DNA from: Stegostoma tigrinum
Lineage: Eukaryota
DNA length: 64,000 bases
Direction: 5' to 3'
Assembly (NCBI RefSeq): GCF_030684315.1
Contig: NC_081387.1
Coordinates: forward strand, 18,231,309-18,295,308
The notes under the pieces were generated by a model that had not been told where the DNA came from, did no database searches, and was given only the letters and a program-made list of their open reading frames with translations. A program made the translations under genes and the position numbers. Within the stretch, counting starts at the first letter, position 1. The number at the start of each line of letters is the position of its first letter. Shown here piece after piece: positions 36,001 to 50,987 of the stretch.

Positions 36001-37354
36001 AACAAAGCACAAAACTTGCTGGCAATACGGGGAACTGTCCTGACCAATGGGTCACTGACTTTAAACATTGACTCTGTTTCTCTCTCTTTCTCTGCATATG
36101 CTGAGTTTCTCCAGCACTTTGTGTTTTCGTTCAGATGACAGGCACCCACAGTTCTGCGTTTTTTTATTTGATAAGTTTATGTTGTCACAGCGACTGAGAG
36201 TTCAGAGCAAACAGTGAAATATTGCGATGTGACATGAATTCCAGTCCTTAGAAACAATGTGGAGTCAGTAAAATAAATTATATTTTTCGATCCTAGATGC
36301 AACTTCATCCGTCCCCAAGTGAGAGCCTCATAATGACTCAAATCTCAGGTGCAGTCTCGTTAATGCCTTGTACAGTTGCAGCTACAATACCCTTTCTTAT
36401 ACCCCATCCCTGTCGCAGTAAATACCAATGTTTCATTTACTTTCTTTATAATATGATGGAGAGGTGCCTTGAAGAGGCTCCTGTCTGTGCACCATTGAGC
36501 TACAGTTTCATGTAAATTCAATAAAAAACCATCCACATGGTGACCATGTAGCCAAGAGTAATTGTCAAATCAGTCCGCATACCCAAATGGAAAATATACA
36601 TTTTTACTGTATTTTTTTCAACATAATTCTCAGTGCAACACAAATTACCGTTTAAAGAGAGCACTTGGTTTCTGAATTTCCCAAATGATTTGAACAATTT
36701 GAAATGGGGGGAGAAAACACATGAGATATAGATGTAGGATGATGTATACCATATACAAATTCATGTGACTATAAGCAGATCCTGACACTTATGTTCAGAA
36801 TGAAAAGAAACCCAAACAGACGAAAGTATTTGACTCAGTTTGAATGATGAAGTTTTTGGACAAAGTGGACAGGAACAATGATTTATGGGTACAGAGGGAG
36901 ACTAGACCAACATAGACATGAGATGTGAGTACTTCTGGCTGAAAAAAAAAGTATTTTGGAGATCTCTGGAAATCCAAAACAGCAGGATGATTTTTCTGAT
37001 ATTGAGCAATAGACTGAGAATGAGATCTGGTGGCTTCTTGAGCCAGTGACAATAAAGAAATAGTGACATTATTCTAAATCAGCATGGTGTGTGGTTTCAA
37101 AGGGACGTTGCAGTGGTGATATTGCCTTGTATACGCTGTCCTTGTCCTTCTAAAAGGTCAAACTCGCAGATCTGGAAGATGCTATCCTCGGAGCCTTGAA
37201 AAATTTTAGCAGCTTATCTTGTGGATGGTATATCTTGCTGCACAGGTGTTTTGGTGATGGAGAGGGTGAATTCTGAAGCTTTCCAATTCGGTTTCAATTC
37301 TTGACAGTTATGACTCCAAGCCTGACTGTGCTCCAGGTCTGATACATATGGACA

Positions 37355-38170
37355 TGGAGTGACAGATGGAGTTTAATTTAGATCGATACAAGATATTGCA
37401 TTTTGGTAAGTCAGGCCAAGGCAGGAATTATACAGTTCATAGTATGACCATGGTGAGCCTTGTCGAACAGACAGACCTATCAGTTCCAAGAAATAGTGTG
37501 TTGAAAAGGCATCACAAGTAGACAAGGTAGCAAGGAAGGCATTGTCATGCTTGCCTTCACTGGTCAGTGGACTGACTACAGGAGTTGGGACATCTCCTTG
37601 CAGCTATCCAGGACATTAATAAGGCCACATGTGGAATATTGCAAGCGATTTGGTTTGCCTTTAAATGTACGATGTTATTGAATGAATTACTAGTATGTTA
37701 CCAAGCCTGGAGGTGTTGCACTGTAAAGATAACTTGGATAGTTTTGCATTATTTCCGCTGGACTGCAGTAGGTAGAGAGGTGAACTTATAGAGCTTGAAA
37801 AATCATGAGGGACATTGCTAAAGTGAGTAGCTTTCACAATTTCCCAAGGATAAGGGAGTTCGAACCTGCACTAGATTTAATGACATGAGTCAAAAGATAA
37901 ATGAGCAGGGTAGTTTTTATCAAGATCTGAGTGTTAAACTTTTCACACTGTGGGTGTTGTGCATGTGGAACAAAATGACTGAGGTAGTGGTGGAGTTGAA
38001 TAATACCACAACCACTGAAAAGGTATGAGTGAAGTTGAATGAAAAATAAAATGTTTGCAGGGATATGGGTCAAATGTACGCACATGGGCCTAGTTCAAAT
38101 CAGGAAACCTGATCAGCATGCACTTGTTGGAGCAACGGTTCTGTTTCCATGTTCTCTGACTCTATGACTG
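37355..38170 (+). mobile_element. Degenerate CR1 3' fragment
   Basis: QMEFNLDRYKILHFG remnant and CR1 3' UTR ending ctctgactctatgact. Confidence 0.7.
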
Positions 38171-38859
38171 CTACTGACACTGAACATTGTGCACATCTCA
38201 AAGAACACGCACAGTGACCTTACAGTGTTGAGAAGGTGATTGATGAAGCAGCTTAAAATCCAGGAATAAGATTAATCACTCATTTGACCAATAAATTGGG
38301 CAGTAGATTGAAGTTAGATCAAAAATTGGAATGATTCTCTGGAAACATTCCTCACATCCTGATTGGAGACTGAATTTCTGAGTCACCTGTCGATCTAGAG
38401 GAATGGATGATGTTCCCATCTTTGGTGTTACTGAGGAACATTGCCATAAACCGTAGGAGGGCATCAACAGAATGGTCAGGTGGGCAGAATAAGCCAATGG
38501 AAGCCTACCAGAAAACTCCGAGTCAATGAACTTGTTGGGGCAGAATGGTGACAAGGGAAGGTTTTATCATGACGTTAGATACAGGGTGTATAATATAGCA
38601 ATGTAACCAGTAATCTCAAATTTAAATGATGCTTTGACTACAATACAATTGGAGTCCACATTAAGTTTGATAGATATATGACAAGTACAAAAGACCCTTG
38701 AGCTTGAATTTAAACAAGGCCAATTATACTGATCTGAGTAGAAAACTGAATGAACTTGTTTGGTGAATTAGACTAAAGTCATTGGAAGCAAGTCACCCTT
38801 GGAAATCATTTGAAGAAATTATTCAAAGCTCACTTTTCAGACATTGTCACCATATAAAA

Positions 38860-39560
38860 GCCAGAAATGATAGGAGACACTTATGTTTGCACAATGTTCA
38901 GTATTTTCCACGATGCAATCAACAAGATCTGGACAGCATCCAGCGTCGGACTGACACATTGCAATTAACAATTGTGCCTCAAATGGCAGGCTACATCCGT
39001 CTCCAGGAGAAGAAAATCTAGCCAGCATGCTTTGACATTCAACAACAAAACCATCACTGAATATCCCCAATATCTCAGGGCTTACCATTGACAGTATTTT
39101 CAACTGGGCTCACCATAAACATTCTTACATACATGCAGTGGCCACAAGTGACAGTCAGAGGTTAGAATACTGTGGTAACTACCTCACCTCCTGAATCCCC
39201 AAATCCTGGCCACCTCTTCAAGGTATAAGTCAGGAATGTGATGGAATATTGGCATTTGAAGTTCCAAAAACACTCAAGAAGCTCAAAATCATCCTGGACA
39301 AACCAGCCCCCTAATTGGCATCAAAAAAATCAAACACCCAGTCCCTCCATCACCGGCACTGAGAAGCAGAAGGGCGTACGGTCTACAAGTTGAACTGCAG
39401 AAATGTTGACATCTTGGAACTCCCTCCCTAAGAGCATTATGGATGTCCCTGCATCTTAGTGACTGCAGCAGCTCAGTGACGCAGCTCAACACCACCTTCC
39501 CCAGGGTAATTTGTGATCAGCAATACATGCTGGGCCAGGTACAAATACTCAACATTGCAT
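38860..39560 (+). mobile_element. Degenerate LINE 3' fragment (second family)
   Basis: QQDLDSIQ remnant, ctcaagaagctc...atcctggacaaa, ctccatcaccggcac. Matches the 43540-44330 family. Confidence 0.6.
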
Positions 39561-41544
39561 GATTAAATTAAAAAACAATGGAAACCCGAAGAGGATGAAA
39601 CATTTAATCTGGGAGTCAGAGGATCAGATATTCCCTCAATACTGTACGAGAGTTGAACACTTGATCAATGTGTTGAAGTCGAAACATGGGACTTGATTCG
39701 ATGACTGGTGACTCAGAAAGGAGAGGGCTTGGTCTGCTGACAATGTATTTTCTTTGCATGAAGTATCTCAAGGTGAGGGAGAGTTGAAGTGAAAATTCAG
39801 GATGAGAAACGAAATCATTTTTACCACTTTCAAACTGAAAGACAAAAGCCCATTAGGTGTACACATTTGATGGTTATTACATGTTGAATGTCTCTGATGG
39901 TGACATAGTGATTGGGAAAGTTTTAACATGAAGGGTGTTGGAATCTGATTAAATAGGAAGTTACAGTAAGGCAGATAATTGGAAAGGACAATCTTGGCTG
40001 CAGCAATGTGAGGTCACGTCAATGTTTCAAAGAGCTTCATCAGACGACGTGTTCAAATGGTCCCCTCTGTATCTGCAAATCTGTGAATTTGTACTGCAAA
40101 GTAGTGAATTAAAAATTTTGAATTTGGATAAACATGAAGCATTCCCCAGTCTGGAAGGAATAACCAAAAATGGTTTGTATCGGGTGGCTGGTGGGGAGGG
40201 GTGTGGCGTGGTGCTTGCAACTTCAACTATCTTCAGTTAGCTGGGTGACTGCTGTGTGATGCCAACAAAATGAGTTCAATTCCAAAAACAAGCCGAGGTT
40301 ACAACGAAAAACTTCTCCTCTTCAATCCCTCCCCTTGCCAAGGATATGGTGACCCTCAGCTCAAACTCAACACCAATTTGTCTCGCTGTAGTGACAACAA
40401 AGTAACTTGCTGACTTTCCAATCACTTGAACAGTTGCATTTCATTGTACAAGTATTTTGCTAGAAATGAGTTCAAACATATTTTGACAGCTGTACTCTAA
40501 TTCATGGGCTATCCCGGGACAATTTCACTCATTTTTATTGGAAAAAAAATGAAAAGTATCAAAATTCCCAAGATAATGTGGGAAAGGTTGTCATGAGGAA
40601 AATGTCTCAGAGTGGGAAAAATGGCAGAAAAGTCAATGACACGACCTCGACTCCAGGTGTTGGAGGTTCAAGTCCCACTCTCGGACCTGAAACGAGGAAG
40701 GGTGAGCTCTGAAGGTGTTCAAAAAGGTTGATTGTCCGTCTACACATCCTCCATCAAAAGACAACAACCATTGGTCAGAGAAAGAGCTGCCCCCTTATGA
40801 GCTGTATCCTCAGCTACTGCTGCCTTCCAGGGAACAACAAGCTTGAGCAAGTTCATGATGTCATCGCTTCTTGAATTCACCGAGCAACCAGTAACACGAT
40901 GCTACATGACATGATTTCTAGATCGCAGAAACAACAAGCAACCCCTCAGGACAGTTGTAGCGTTTCATCCTTGATGGAGCTTCTTGGCAACCGGAAAGTG
41001 AATCTCAACATTTACTTGGTGGGAAGTCACATCAGGGGCATGAACACTCGGAGCATGAGTAGGCCATCCAGCCCCCTTTGTCTGCTCAGCCATTGAATAG
41101 AATCTGGCTGATCTCAACTCGAACTAAAATCTATTTTCATGCCCATTTTCTTCGCCTTTCAAACCAAAACTATTTAAAAATCATTTCATCTCTTCCCTAT
41201 ACTTACTCAACGTCCATTCCACAGAGTCATGACACTTGGAGAGAAGTATTTCCTCCTCATTTCTGTTTTACATTTGCTACTCACTTATCCTGAAATATTT
41301 ATGCTCCATTCTTTGAATTGTGAATGCCCAATATTCCATTTGCTTTCTTACTTATAGGAAGGAGAACTGTGCTGAACAGCCTACTGTCTGTGTATCAATG
41401 ATCTCCAGTTACAAGGGAAAGAGTTTCAGCACCTCCTTTGTGGCTGTCAGCCCCAAATGTCCTTCCTCTTATTCTGAAATAGTAACCATTGGTTCAGCCA
41501 GGGAACAACCTCCTTTCGGTTTCTATCCTTTGACTGACAATCTC

Positions 41545-41856
41545 TCCACTGTGCAAACAGTCCTTTGGGCCCAACAAGCCCACACCGAATCTCACAGCAT
41601 CCCTCCCAGACCCAATCCCCATTGACCAACCATTCCCACTCATTCCTGACCACTGTCCGCAATTTAGTCTGGCCAATCCATATAGCCTGCACATCTTTGG
41701 AAAGAGGGAGGAAACCAGAGCACCCGGAGAAAACCCACGCAGACACAGAGAGAATGTGTAAATTCCACACAAGTAGTCACCCAAGAGTGGAATTGAACCC
41801 GGCCCGTCGGGTGTTGTGAGGCAGCAGTGTCACCCACTGAACCATCGTGCTGCCCC
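41545..41856 (-). mobile_element. HE1-like tRNA-derived SINE
   Basis: Reverse strand has A-box-like tggttcagtgg, B-box GGTTCAATTCC and central tgcgtgggttttctccgggtgctctggtttcctccc. Confidence 0.8.
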
Positions 41857-43539
41857 TATTGAGACTTTTCAGAATTTTCTTCGTTGCAGAAAGATCACCG
41901 CTCATTCATCTAAGTTTTGTTACTATCCTGTTTCAGAGTGTTCTGTGTAGCAACGAAATCATCTCGCATTTTACTAAACTTGAAAGAATACAGTCCGAGT
42001 CCCCTCAACCTCTCCTCATAGGAGAGGCACACTTTTCTGGGAATTAGTCTGGGGAATCACCTTGCATTCCCTCCATGGAAATATTTACTTTTTAACTTTG
42101 TAAAGAGACCACAATACACGAAGTGATCACACTTCTACACAGTTGAAGCTTGACTTTGTCACAAATGCATATGAATCATGCTACACTCAATAAAAATATA
42201 AATGATTCACCTTCTTAAATGCTAGTGGCATCTGCATGCTCGTTTTCATTGACTTACAAGCAAGGACACTTGGATATTTTTGGGCCTCAGCAATTTCTAA
42301 TCTTTGGCCTCTTAATAGATATTGTACACCTCGATAACTTCTGTGCATAACCTCACAATTATCAGAATTATATTCTATTCAAATGTTTTTACCAATTCAC
42401 TCAGCCTTTGAAATTCATTTGATGCCTCTCTCTGTCATCTTGACAGAACACGCTTCCAACCAGTTTTCTACATTCCGCAAACTTGTAACTATTTGATTTA
42501 TACCTCATATCCAAATCATAGATTATGAACAGCCAGGGCCAAGCAGTGTTCCTTGCAGTACCCATCTCGTCACATCCTGCGAATCTGAGTATTGCCCACA
42601 CATTTCCTTTGCCTGTTTCCTTTTAGCTGACCAATCTTCAATCCATGTTCTTCAACCATGCGTTCAAAATTTGTTTATTAACCGACTCTAATAGAATTTA
42701 TCAAAAAAAAATTCTTAAAATGAAGATGCACTGCATTGAGTGTGAAATCTACTGAAGGATGTGGGTATGACTGTCTGGGCCAGCATTTATTGTTTATCCT
42801 TTATTGCCAAGAGGGCAGGTAAGTGTCAACCATATCTGGAGTCACGTGGAAGACAGATCTTGGAGGACAATAAGATCCTTCACTGTAGGTCATCAGTGAC
42901 AAATATGGGTCCTTCTAGCGACAGACAATGGAATCGTGGTCTTGTTTAGAAACTTCATTTCAGATTTCTTTCAAAAATTCAAATATTATTCCACCATCTG
43001 ACATGACAGAGTTTGACAACAAGTCCTTAGTATATTGTCTGTGCTTCTAGACTAACAGTCCAGTGATCATACCACTGAACAAATAACAAAGAACAACACA
43101 GCACAAGATCAGGCCATTCAGCCCTCCCAGCCGACACTATTTGCCCTTCCATAATGAAATTTTCTTCCCTTTCATTATCCATATCCCTCTATTCCCTTCG
43201 CATTCATTTATTCTTCCAGATGCTTCCGGAGAACACCTTTTGTACCTGTTTCCACCACCTCCTGTGGCAGCGTATCCCAGGCACTCACCACGAATCGTGT
43301 GAAAAACATGCTCACACATCTCTTTTAAACTTTAGCCCCTGCCCCCGAGCCTGGAACCTGTGTCCACTCGTAATTTACTCCTCCTCCCTGGAAAAGAGCT
43401 TAATACTTTCCTCGGTATATATGCCATTCTTAACCTTACAAATTTCTGTCAGAAAATGGCCAGCACTTTAAAATCGTGCTTCTCCACTCTGCTTCCAATA
43501 TTCTCAACTATTTCTCTCTCTCTTTCACTCTCATTTTGT

Positions 43540-44330
43540 TTCCCTCTGCTGCCCTTGTCCTTCTCGGTGGAAGGGGCCATGGGTTTAGAAGGTGCTGTCC
43601 AAGGATCTTTGGTGATTTCTTGCAGTGTACCTTGTCCATAGTACACAATATTGCGACGGATCTTCGGTGGTGGAGGCAATGTGCGCTTGTGAATGTAGAG
43701 CCAATCAATCGAGCTGCTTTGTCCTGGATGGCTTCAAGCTTCCTGAGTGTTGTTGAGGCTGACCTCATCCGGACATGTTGGGAGTATTCCATTAACTTCC
43801 TGACTTCTGTGTGGTGGACAGGCTTTAGGGAGTCAGGAGGTGATTTATTTGCTGAAATATTCATAGACTCTGTCCCACCTTGTAACTGCAGTGTTTCTAT
43901 CGTGAATCCACCTGAGTGTCTGGTCAATCATACCCTTCCAGGATCTTGAGGATTCGGAGATGGTAACACCATAAAACATCAATTGTCACTGATTATATTG
44001 TCCCGTATTAATGATGGCCATAACCTGGTATTTATTTGTTGTGAATGACATGAGCTACAGCCTGAGGAGTTGTGAATAGTGCTGAACATTGTGGAATCAT
44101 TGCGGGACATCCCCACTTCTCATCTTAAGATTGTCAGAAGGTCATCGCTGAAGAAGCTGGATATTGTCGAGTTTCAGACTCGATCCTGAGAAACTCCTGC
44201 AGAGATCTCCTGGAGCGGAGGCTACTGACCTCCAACGACTATGATGATCTTCCTCTGTCTGGTATGTCTCCAACTACCAGAATGTTTGCGCTCTGATGCT
44301 TTTGGATTAAATTTTTCTCATGCTCTTTGA
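43540..44330 (-). mobile_element. Degenerate LINE 3' fragment (second family)
   Basis: MEYSQHVRMRSASTTLRKLEAIQDKAARLIG..LHHRRSVAILC. Confidence 0.7.
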
Positions 44331-47300
44331 TTCCACAGTGGGAGAAATGCAGCCTTGATATCAGCCTCTTTCTTCCTGAACAATGTGACCTCGGGGTGTA
44401 TCTATACAGTTATTTGACGGCGGATTTCAAAGTTGACAATGTGGTAAGGAAGATGTTTGGCATGTGTTTCTTCATTGGTCAGAGCACTGAGTATGACAAT
44501 TGTAATGCCATGTTGTGGCTACGCGGGCATCTGTGCGGCCAATTTTAAAATACTGCTTACAGTTACGATTTTTTGAGGGATGTTCTAGCTATGGAGGTTG
44601 TGCAAAACATTTTCCCAGACTGATTCCTGAGATTGTTATACTGACATATAAGGAGACAGTGGATTTGTTTGAAGTTTATAAAATTCTAAAATGCATCAAC
44701 AGGGGTCACATTCAGAATCCTTTTTTTTATCAGAGATGGAATGTTTAATGCGAAGAGATGTGCATTTAAGGTTGGTGGCAAGTTCAGAGGAGATATGATG
44801 CGGCTGTTTTTTTACACAGAGATTTGCAGGAATCTGGAAAGCACTGGCGGGGTGGTGGTCGAGAAACATACAAGAGGAGCATTTAAGGGACTCTTAGATA
44901 AGAACATGAACAGACAACCAATGGAAGGATACAGACCAATGGCCAGCAGAAAGGATGAGTTTAAAATGGCATCCTGGTCGGCACAACATTGTGGGCTGAA
45001 GAGCCCACTGCTGTGCTATCCTCACTGTCCTCACAGTTCTATGTCTTATGTTCTATGTACCAATGTTGTGTGGATGGGCAAATGCACAGTGGATTAAGAT
45101 GACAGGTGGAGCAAAGTGAGGTTATCTACTTTGATGACAGAAAAAGGTGGATGGATTATTATCGGAAAGGCAATACATTTGCATTAAGGAGTTGCAAAAC
45201 TTCCTGGATGTCCTTGTACACGAATTCGTGAAAGTAAGAATGCAGGTGCAGCATGTCGGGAAGAAAGCACATGAAATGACATCTAAACAGCGAGAATGTT
45301 TGATTTATGGGACAGGGATGTCTTGCTACAATTGTCTAAATCCTTGGTGTGACCACACTGAAACTATTTGTGAAGTTTTGGTCTTGTCATCTTGTGAATG
45401 ATGTTTTAACGATGGACGGAGTATGGAGAATTTTTACCGGGCTGCTTGGATGGGAGGGCTGACCTATGAAGACAGGCTAGATCATTAAAAAGTATGTTCG
45501 TTGAAATATATAGGAAAGATGAGGTGGGGGCTCTCAGAAGACCACACAGAGCAAGAATGGAAGCCATGCTCTGAAGACCAGGGGGTCCAGAGGCTGACGT
45601 CACAATCTAAGTAAACAGAGTAGAGTATTCAAGTCTGAGATGATGAGAAACCTCTTCACCTAAAGAGTGGCGAGCTGGTGTAATTCCCTGCAAAAGGAAG
45701 ATTTTGAGGGGAAAACATCAAATGTCCTCATGTAGAAGTTAATTTTGTTCTTAGGGGTACAGGGATCAAGCAGTATCATGGGAAAGCAAGAAAGGGATCC
45801 TGAGTTGGATGAAATTCTGATTATCAGAATTTCAAGATGACTGCAATTTTAAATGAAAGAACTATCACTGAATGTGCTGTTTTGAATTAAATAGAGGTCA
45901 GTAAGTCAAAAGAAAGGAACTTACTTAATGACACAATGTGAAATGACAAATAAATCACACTTGAACAATTAGTTTGTCACATCGAGACCAAATGTAATAC
46001 AAATTCTGTTGCAAATCGTGATGACCATAATTGTTGTTCTCCTTGAAAGAACACATCCAACATTGGCTTCTTTAATGCATTTACTGAACAGCCCACTCAG
46101 CATTTGGAGCACAAGTTTCAGCGACAATTCTGCCACAACTCTATGTTTCCTAAAGTGGAATTCTACGTATTTTCATGGAGGATTTAGACACCAATTCACA
46201 TCTTACAGCAGCCGACAAACAAACAATGCTCCACAAGCACAGTCTTCATCAAAATGATAAGCTGCTGTGGAACTTCCTCAGCAATGTTCATGAGAATATT
46301 CATATTGTTGTCCCACCAGTCACCTTTATCTGATGCTTCAGTTATATCTCTGTACAATGTCTGTTCGTAATCAACGCCTAGTTCCCAAAAAATAAATTTA
46401 GCAGTGACAGGCTCCTGAAATCTCCTCCACTTTGTTCTTCTTCCTCCTAATGCCTTCAGCTTCCAGTTCACTCCAATCAAGATTTTGGGACCACTCTTGG
46501 CCTGTGGCATTTCACATCTGATGTTTTTCTATCATTTCAGGAGCTCTTGACTTTGAAATAATAGCTGCAAAACCTTGATTCCTTTGATTCCTTTTATCAG
46601 TAAATGAGGAAAAAAGCTTAACACACTTAGGATTTCAATAACTATTCCCTTCCCATCTACCCTCTTTTCTGAGGCTTTCTTAGACATCCTCAACACAACA
46701 ATCGGTGTCCCACTGAAACTCCAACAATTGTATTTCAAGCACATTTGAACAGATGCATGTCATTTTCTTGATGCTACTCTTGTTTTAGAACTTTCAACTT
46801 TATGAGCCGTGCATCCTTCAGTTTTCTGCCAAACACTCGTCCCATCCCCAAATGTCCTGGCCTTCCAATCTACTTCTGAATTGCAACATAACCATCACGT
46901 AACATGTAATGACGCATGTGACACATCATCGGTGTCCGTTAAAACTACTGCTTCATGACTTGATACTTGACAAAGGAGACATAGAAACCATGTTTTCTCA
47001 TTGTGGAAATCCAGAACAAGACTCATCATTTGAGAATAACAGGTCACTGATTTAAAACTGCGATGAAGAGACATTCATTCCCACAAGGGTATCTATGGAA
47101 TGGGTGGCGAATGCTGAGCGAGGAACTTTTCAAAAGAATTGGACAGATTTGAAATTAGTAACAGGTTAAAGTGTTATGATTTTCCTGGTGCCTAAGACGA
47201 AAACCAAACTTCAGTGATACATGTTTTACCAGAACTTTATTCTGATGTTCAGAAAGGTGGTGGCTCCTTACAGAAATTTCTTGAAGAATGGAAAACTACT

Positions 47301-48129
47301 TGAATGAAACAGGAGTGTGAGAGGGGCGTTGACAGCTTGAAGGTTGTGCGGACAGCCACACTTGTCATGAGAATGAGAGGTTCTCACTGCTTTTTGCTGT
47401 CAGTGCATTGATTTGAGTCATTTTACCACATGATTGTGAGATGGGAATTGAAAATACAAATATAAATAAAAGAGTAGGCCACTTTGCTCTTTCAGTTTGT
47501 CCTGCTGCTCAGTGAGATAACCATTGATCATGATTTTCACATCATCTCGACATTCCTGAATATCCTCAATAATCTTTAATCCACTTTATAATCAAGAATC
47601 TATCCACCTACAGTTTAAAAATAGTTTACGATTCTGTATCCACTGCTTTTCGAGGAATGGATTCTCAATTCCTGTCAACCCTCTGAGAGAAATATTGTCT
47701 TGTCATTTCTGTCTTAAATGGGCAAAGCTTCAATTTTCAGCAATGGACCCGAGTTCCTGTGTGAGGACCAGTTTGGGTTAGGGCCAGTCAGTAATTTTGT
47801 TCAGAATGCATTCTCATTTTCACTGGACACAAAATTAAAGGGAGGAAGATGAGGCTAAGATTAGATTGGAGCGATTGTGGGCTCATGTGGCATTGTTCTA
47901 TGATTTCTCTTTCAGGTCAAGAAGGACTGGGTTATAGTATCACTTTATCCAGAGTCAAATCTCAACGCGATTTGATTAAAAATGGGTGGAACTCGATGCT
48001 GTGTCCCTCCCTCCTGGATTATCTTATGCTTCACAATCAATTAACGTCACACCGAGTTAGTCAGGTCTCTTGTGGCCCTCTGAGAAGCCAGAGCTGTGGA
48101 ACCTGAGAGATAATGACCCAAATTCTCTG

Positions 48130-48303
48130 GTGATCACAGGGCTCAGTGTAAATACTGCTCAAGGATGTGAGATGTTAACTTGTTTGTTAAAAATGCCGAG
48201 TTTAATTAAATCTGTTCAATCTTTCAGTGGAGGATTGACTAGTATAAATTGAGCATGTTTCAATGCATTGCTTCATTGTGACTGTTCCGACTTTCACCTG
48301 AAA
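48130..48303 (+). promoter_or_regulatory. Putative core promoter of GPCR gene 4
   Basis: TATAAAT at 48243 (61 nt before ATG) and GTAAATA at 48148. Confidence 0.6.
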
Positions 48304-48367
48304 ATGCCTCCAGGGTCACTTCCAATAGAAATTCTCTTTCCCATTCTTGCAATCTTTGGAATTCCTG
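48304..48367 (+). CDS. GPR139-like GPCR gene 4, coding exon 1 (MPPGSLPIEILFPILAIFGIP)
   Basis: aaaATG start, CCTG|GTAAGT donor, phase-1 join to 50988. Confidence 0.88.
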
Positions 48368-49955
48368 GTAAGTCGGTAAAAACCGCTGTGACGTTTTTCT
48401 TGCCTGTTCGGTTTTCAATTGAGTCTCTGCAATTTGGAGCTTCACCAATCAAATGAATCTCCTCCTGATTATGGAGCTTGCCTGCTCTTCATTACCATCA
48501 GTTTCAGTTTGAGAGCAGTTAGTCCTGCCTGGGTTGGAAACAATTGTGCTTATCTTAAATAAAGAATACAAGAAAATGACAGAGGACTTCAACAAATATT
48601 TTGCATCAGTCCTTCCGATGTAAGATACTTTGAGCCTCTTACCATTGCTACAGAGTATGGTGCATACTTTAATTCCCATCTGCATTGCTGAAGAATTACG
48701 CATGCTTCGAAAAATTAATGGAGCTAAAGCAAAATATGTTGCTGGGCCCGATCCAAAAAGAGAGAGCTGCAGAGATACCAGATGTGTTTGTTGTAATTTA
48801 GTAAAATCATTGGATGTGGAGATTTATCAGAGGTTTGGTAAACTGACAATGTGTCACTGTTATTCCAAAAGAGAGGAAGGCAAAACATGGGTTACTGTAC
48901 AGATTGTTGAAAATATATTGGAATCAATTAGTGAAGATGAGATAGCGTACCACTTGGAATGTATTAATCTTATCAAGCAGTCAGCACAGCGACATGAAAG
49001 GAAAATTGTGACTGACTAATTTGTTGGAAATTTTCAAGGAAATCTCATCTGGGTGGCTCTGGGGGAATCATTAGATGTGTTTTAATTAGGATTTGTGAAG
49101 GTGCTCAACAATGTTCCTCACAGAAAGTTGAGTCATAACAGCCCATGTTCTTGGAGGTAGCTTATTGGTATGTATGGAGAATTGTCCAAGAGTCAGTGCA
49201 AGTTGATGATGTATTCATTTAGTTTAGTCAAGCATGACTTGTGGGGTCAGTGTTGGGATTGCTCCTGTTTACAATACGTATTAACAACTTGGAGGAAGAA
49301 ATGAATGTACAGTAGCTAAATTTGCTGATGATATCAAACACAGATGGAAAAGCAGATTGTGCAAAGGCACAATGTGTTCCCAAAAGATATTGATAGGTTA
49401 AACGAATCATTGTCAAATGGAGAGTGATGTGAAAATATTATACGTCATTTATTTTGGAGGGTTGAACAAAAGGACAGAGTTTTATTTGAACAGAAAAAAG
49501 CTAGAAAGCAGGAACACAAAGGGATTTGAAGTACTTGCGCATGAAACATCGAAAGCTAGCACAAAAGTGCAACCAGTAACCAGGAAGGCGAGTGGAATGT
49601 TGGTCCATATTTCAAGGGGTTTGGAGTATCAGTGTCAGGAAGCCTTACTGCACTGTATATGGTGCTGGTGAGGCCACGCCTGGAGTACTGTGTACAGTTT
49701 TCAGCCTGTTATTGAGGAAAAGAAAAAAAAAAATCAGAAGCAATTCAGACAAGGAACATCAGCATGATCACAAGTGTGGATGAACTGTGTTGTGAGCCAA
49801 AATTACACAGATTGGGACTCCACTCACTGTAGCGTAGAAGAATGAGTGGTGAGCTTATTGAGACGTATTGGATTCTTAAGGAGCTTGACCAGGTAAATGC
49901 TGGAGGATCATTCCCCTCATGGGAGTTCTTTGGCTGTTTCTGCTTTCATCTGAAA

Positions 49956-50019
49956 ATTGGACTACAAGCTATTCTAATAGAAATTCTCCTTCCCATCATT
50001 GTAATCCTTGAAATTCCTG
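49956..50019 (+). pseudogene. Intronic donor-less copy of exon 1 (ATG changed to ATT)
   Basis: IGLQAILIEILLPIIVILEIP followed by CCTG|ATAA. Confidence 0.72.
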
Positions 50020-50987
50020 ATAAAACTTGTTGTGACATTTTTTCCTGCCTGTTCACTTATGAAATGTCCCAGAGAGAATATTCAAATAGTAAAGGAGTGA
50101 TCAATTAATTCTGAGATGAGGAGGAATTTGTTCCCTGAGTGGCTAGTGAGTGTTTGGAACTTCTTGCCACAGACAGAGCTGTGGAGGCAGAATCCTCACT
50201 TAATGTTTCACACTGAGATACACCGATTCCCGATGGCAGTGGCAGACATTTCTCACATTTCAAAATGTCAACTTTTTTGATGGAAGTAAACCACAGAAGA
50301 GGAGAATGGGAACATATGAATGAGAAGCTGGAATGGGCCAATTGGCGCTTTGAAATGCTTCCACCTTTCAGCAGGACCATGATTTGAGTGATCTCCACTG
50401 TCCTGCCTGCATTCCATAGCCCTTGAATCCCTTGTGTGTCCAAAATGTATCTGACTCAGTCTTCCAGATTCAGCCACAACCATGTGTCGGGGAACAGGAT
50501 TCCATATAATAACCAACGTCTGAGAGAGTAGAAATTTCCTTATCCCTATTTGAAAGGGGGAATTGCTTATTCTGAAACTGTGTCCTCAATTTTAATCTCC
50601 TCCCTCAAGAGAAAACCACTTCCAGGTGTTACCCTTTATCCAGTTTCCTCAAGTTCTTAAATGTTTCAATGAGATCACCTCACATCCTTCTGAATTTGAT
50701 TGGATACAGGCATAAACTTTCTTCACAAAACAAGATCGTAATCCACTTGTGAGGCAGGTAAATATTCTTTGATCTGTTTCTCAATGAGACAAAAAAGTTC
50801 TCCTGAAATTTAGAGACCAAATGGTGCAAAATCACCTTCTAATTAATTCCAAAACATAGACAATGCGTTGCAGGCCGCACAATGTATCATTGTTATACAA
50901 GTCTCTAATTACCAGCAGCATCCCAGAGACTTGCAATTCCTCACCTCATCTGTGCACATATCTGCTGATTGTTCTTTCTGTTTTCAG

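Noticed and set aside
41780-41856. tRNA-like A and B boxes
   Set aside because: SINE head without a full cloverleaf. Not a tRNA gene.
50969-50987. ORF-track N-terminus MFFLFS of the 308-aa GPCR ORF
   Set aside because: It is the polypyrimidine tract and acceptor read from a TTG. The true N-terminus comes from exon 1 at 48304.
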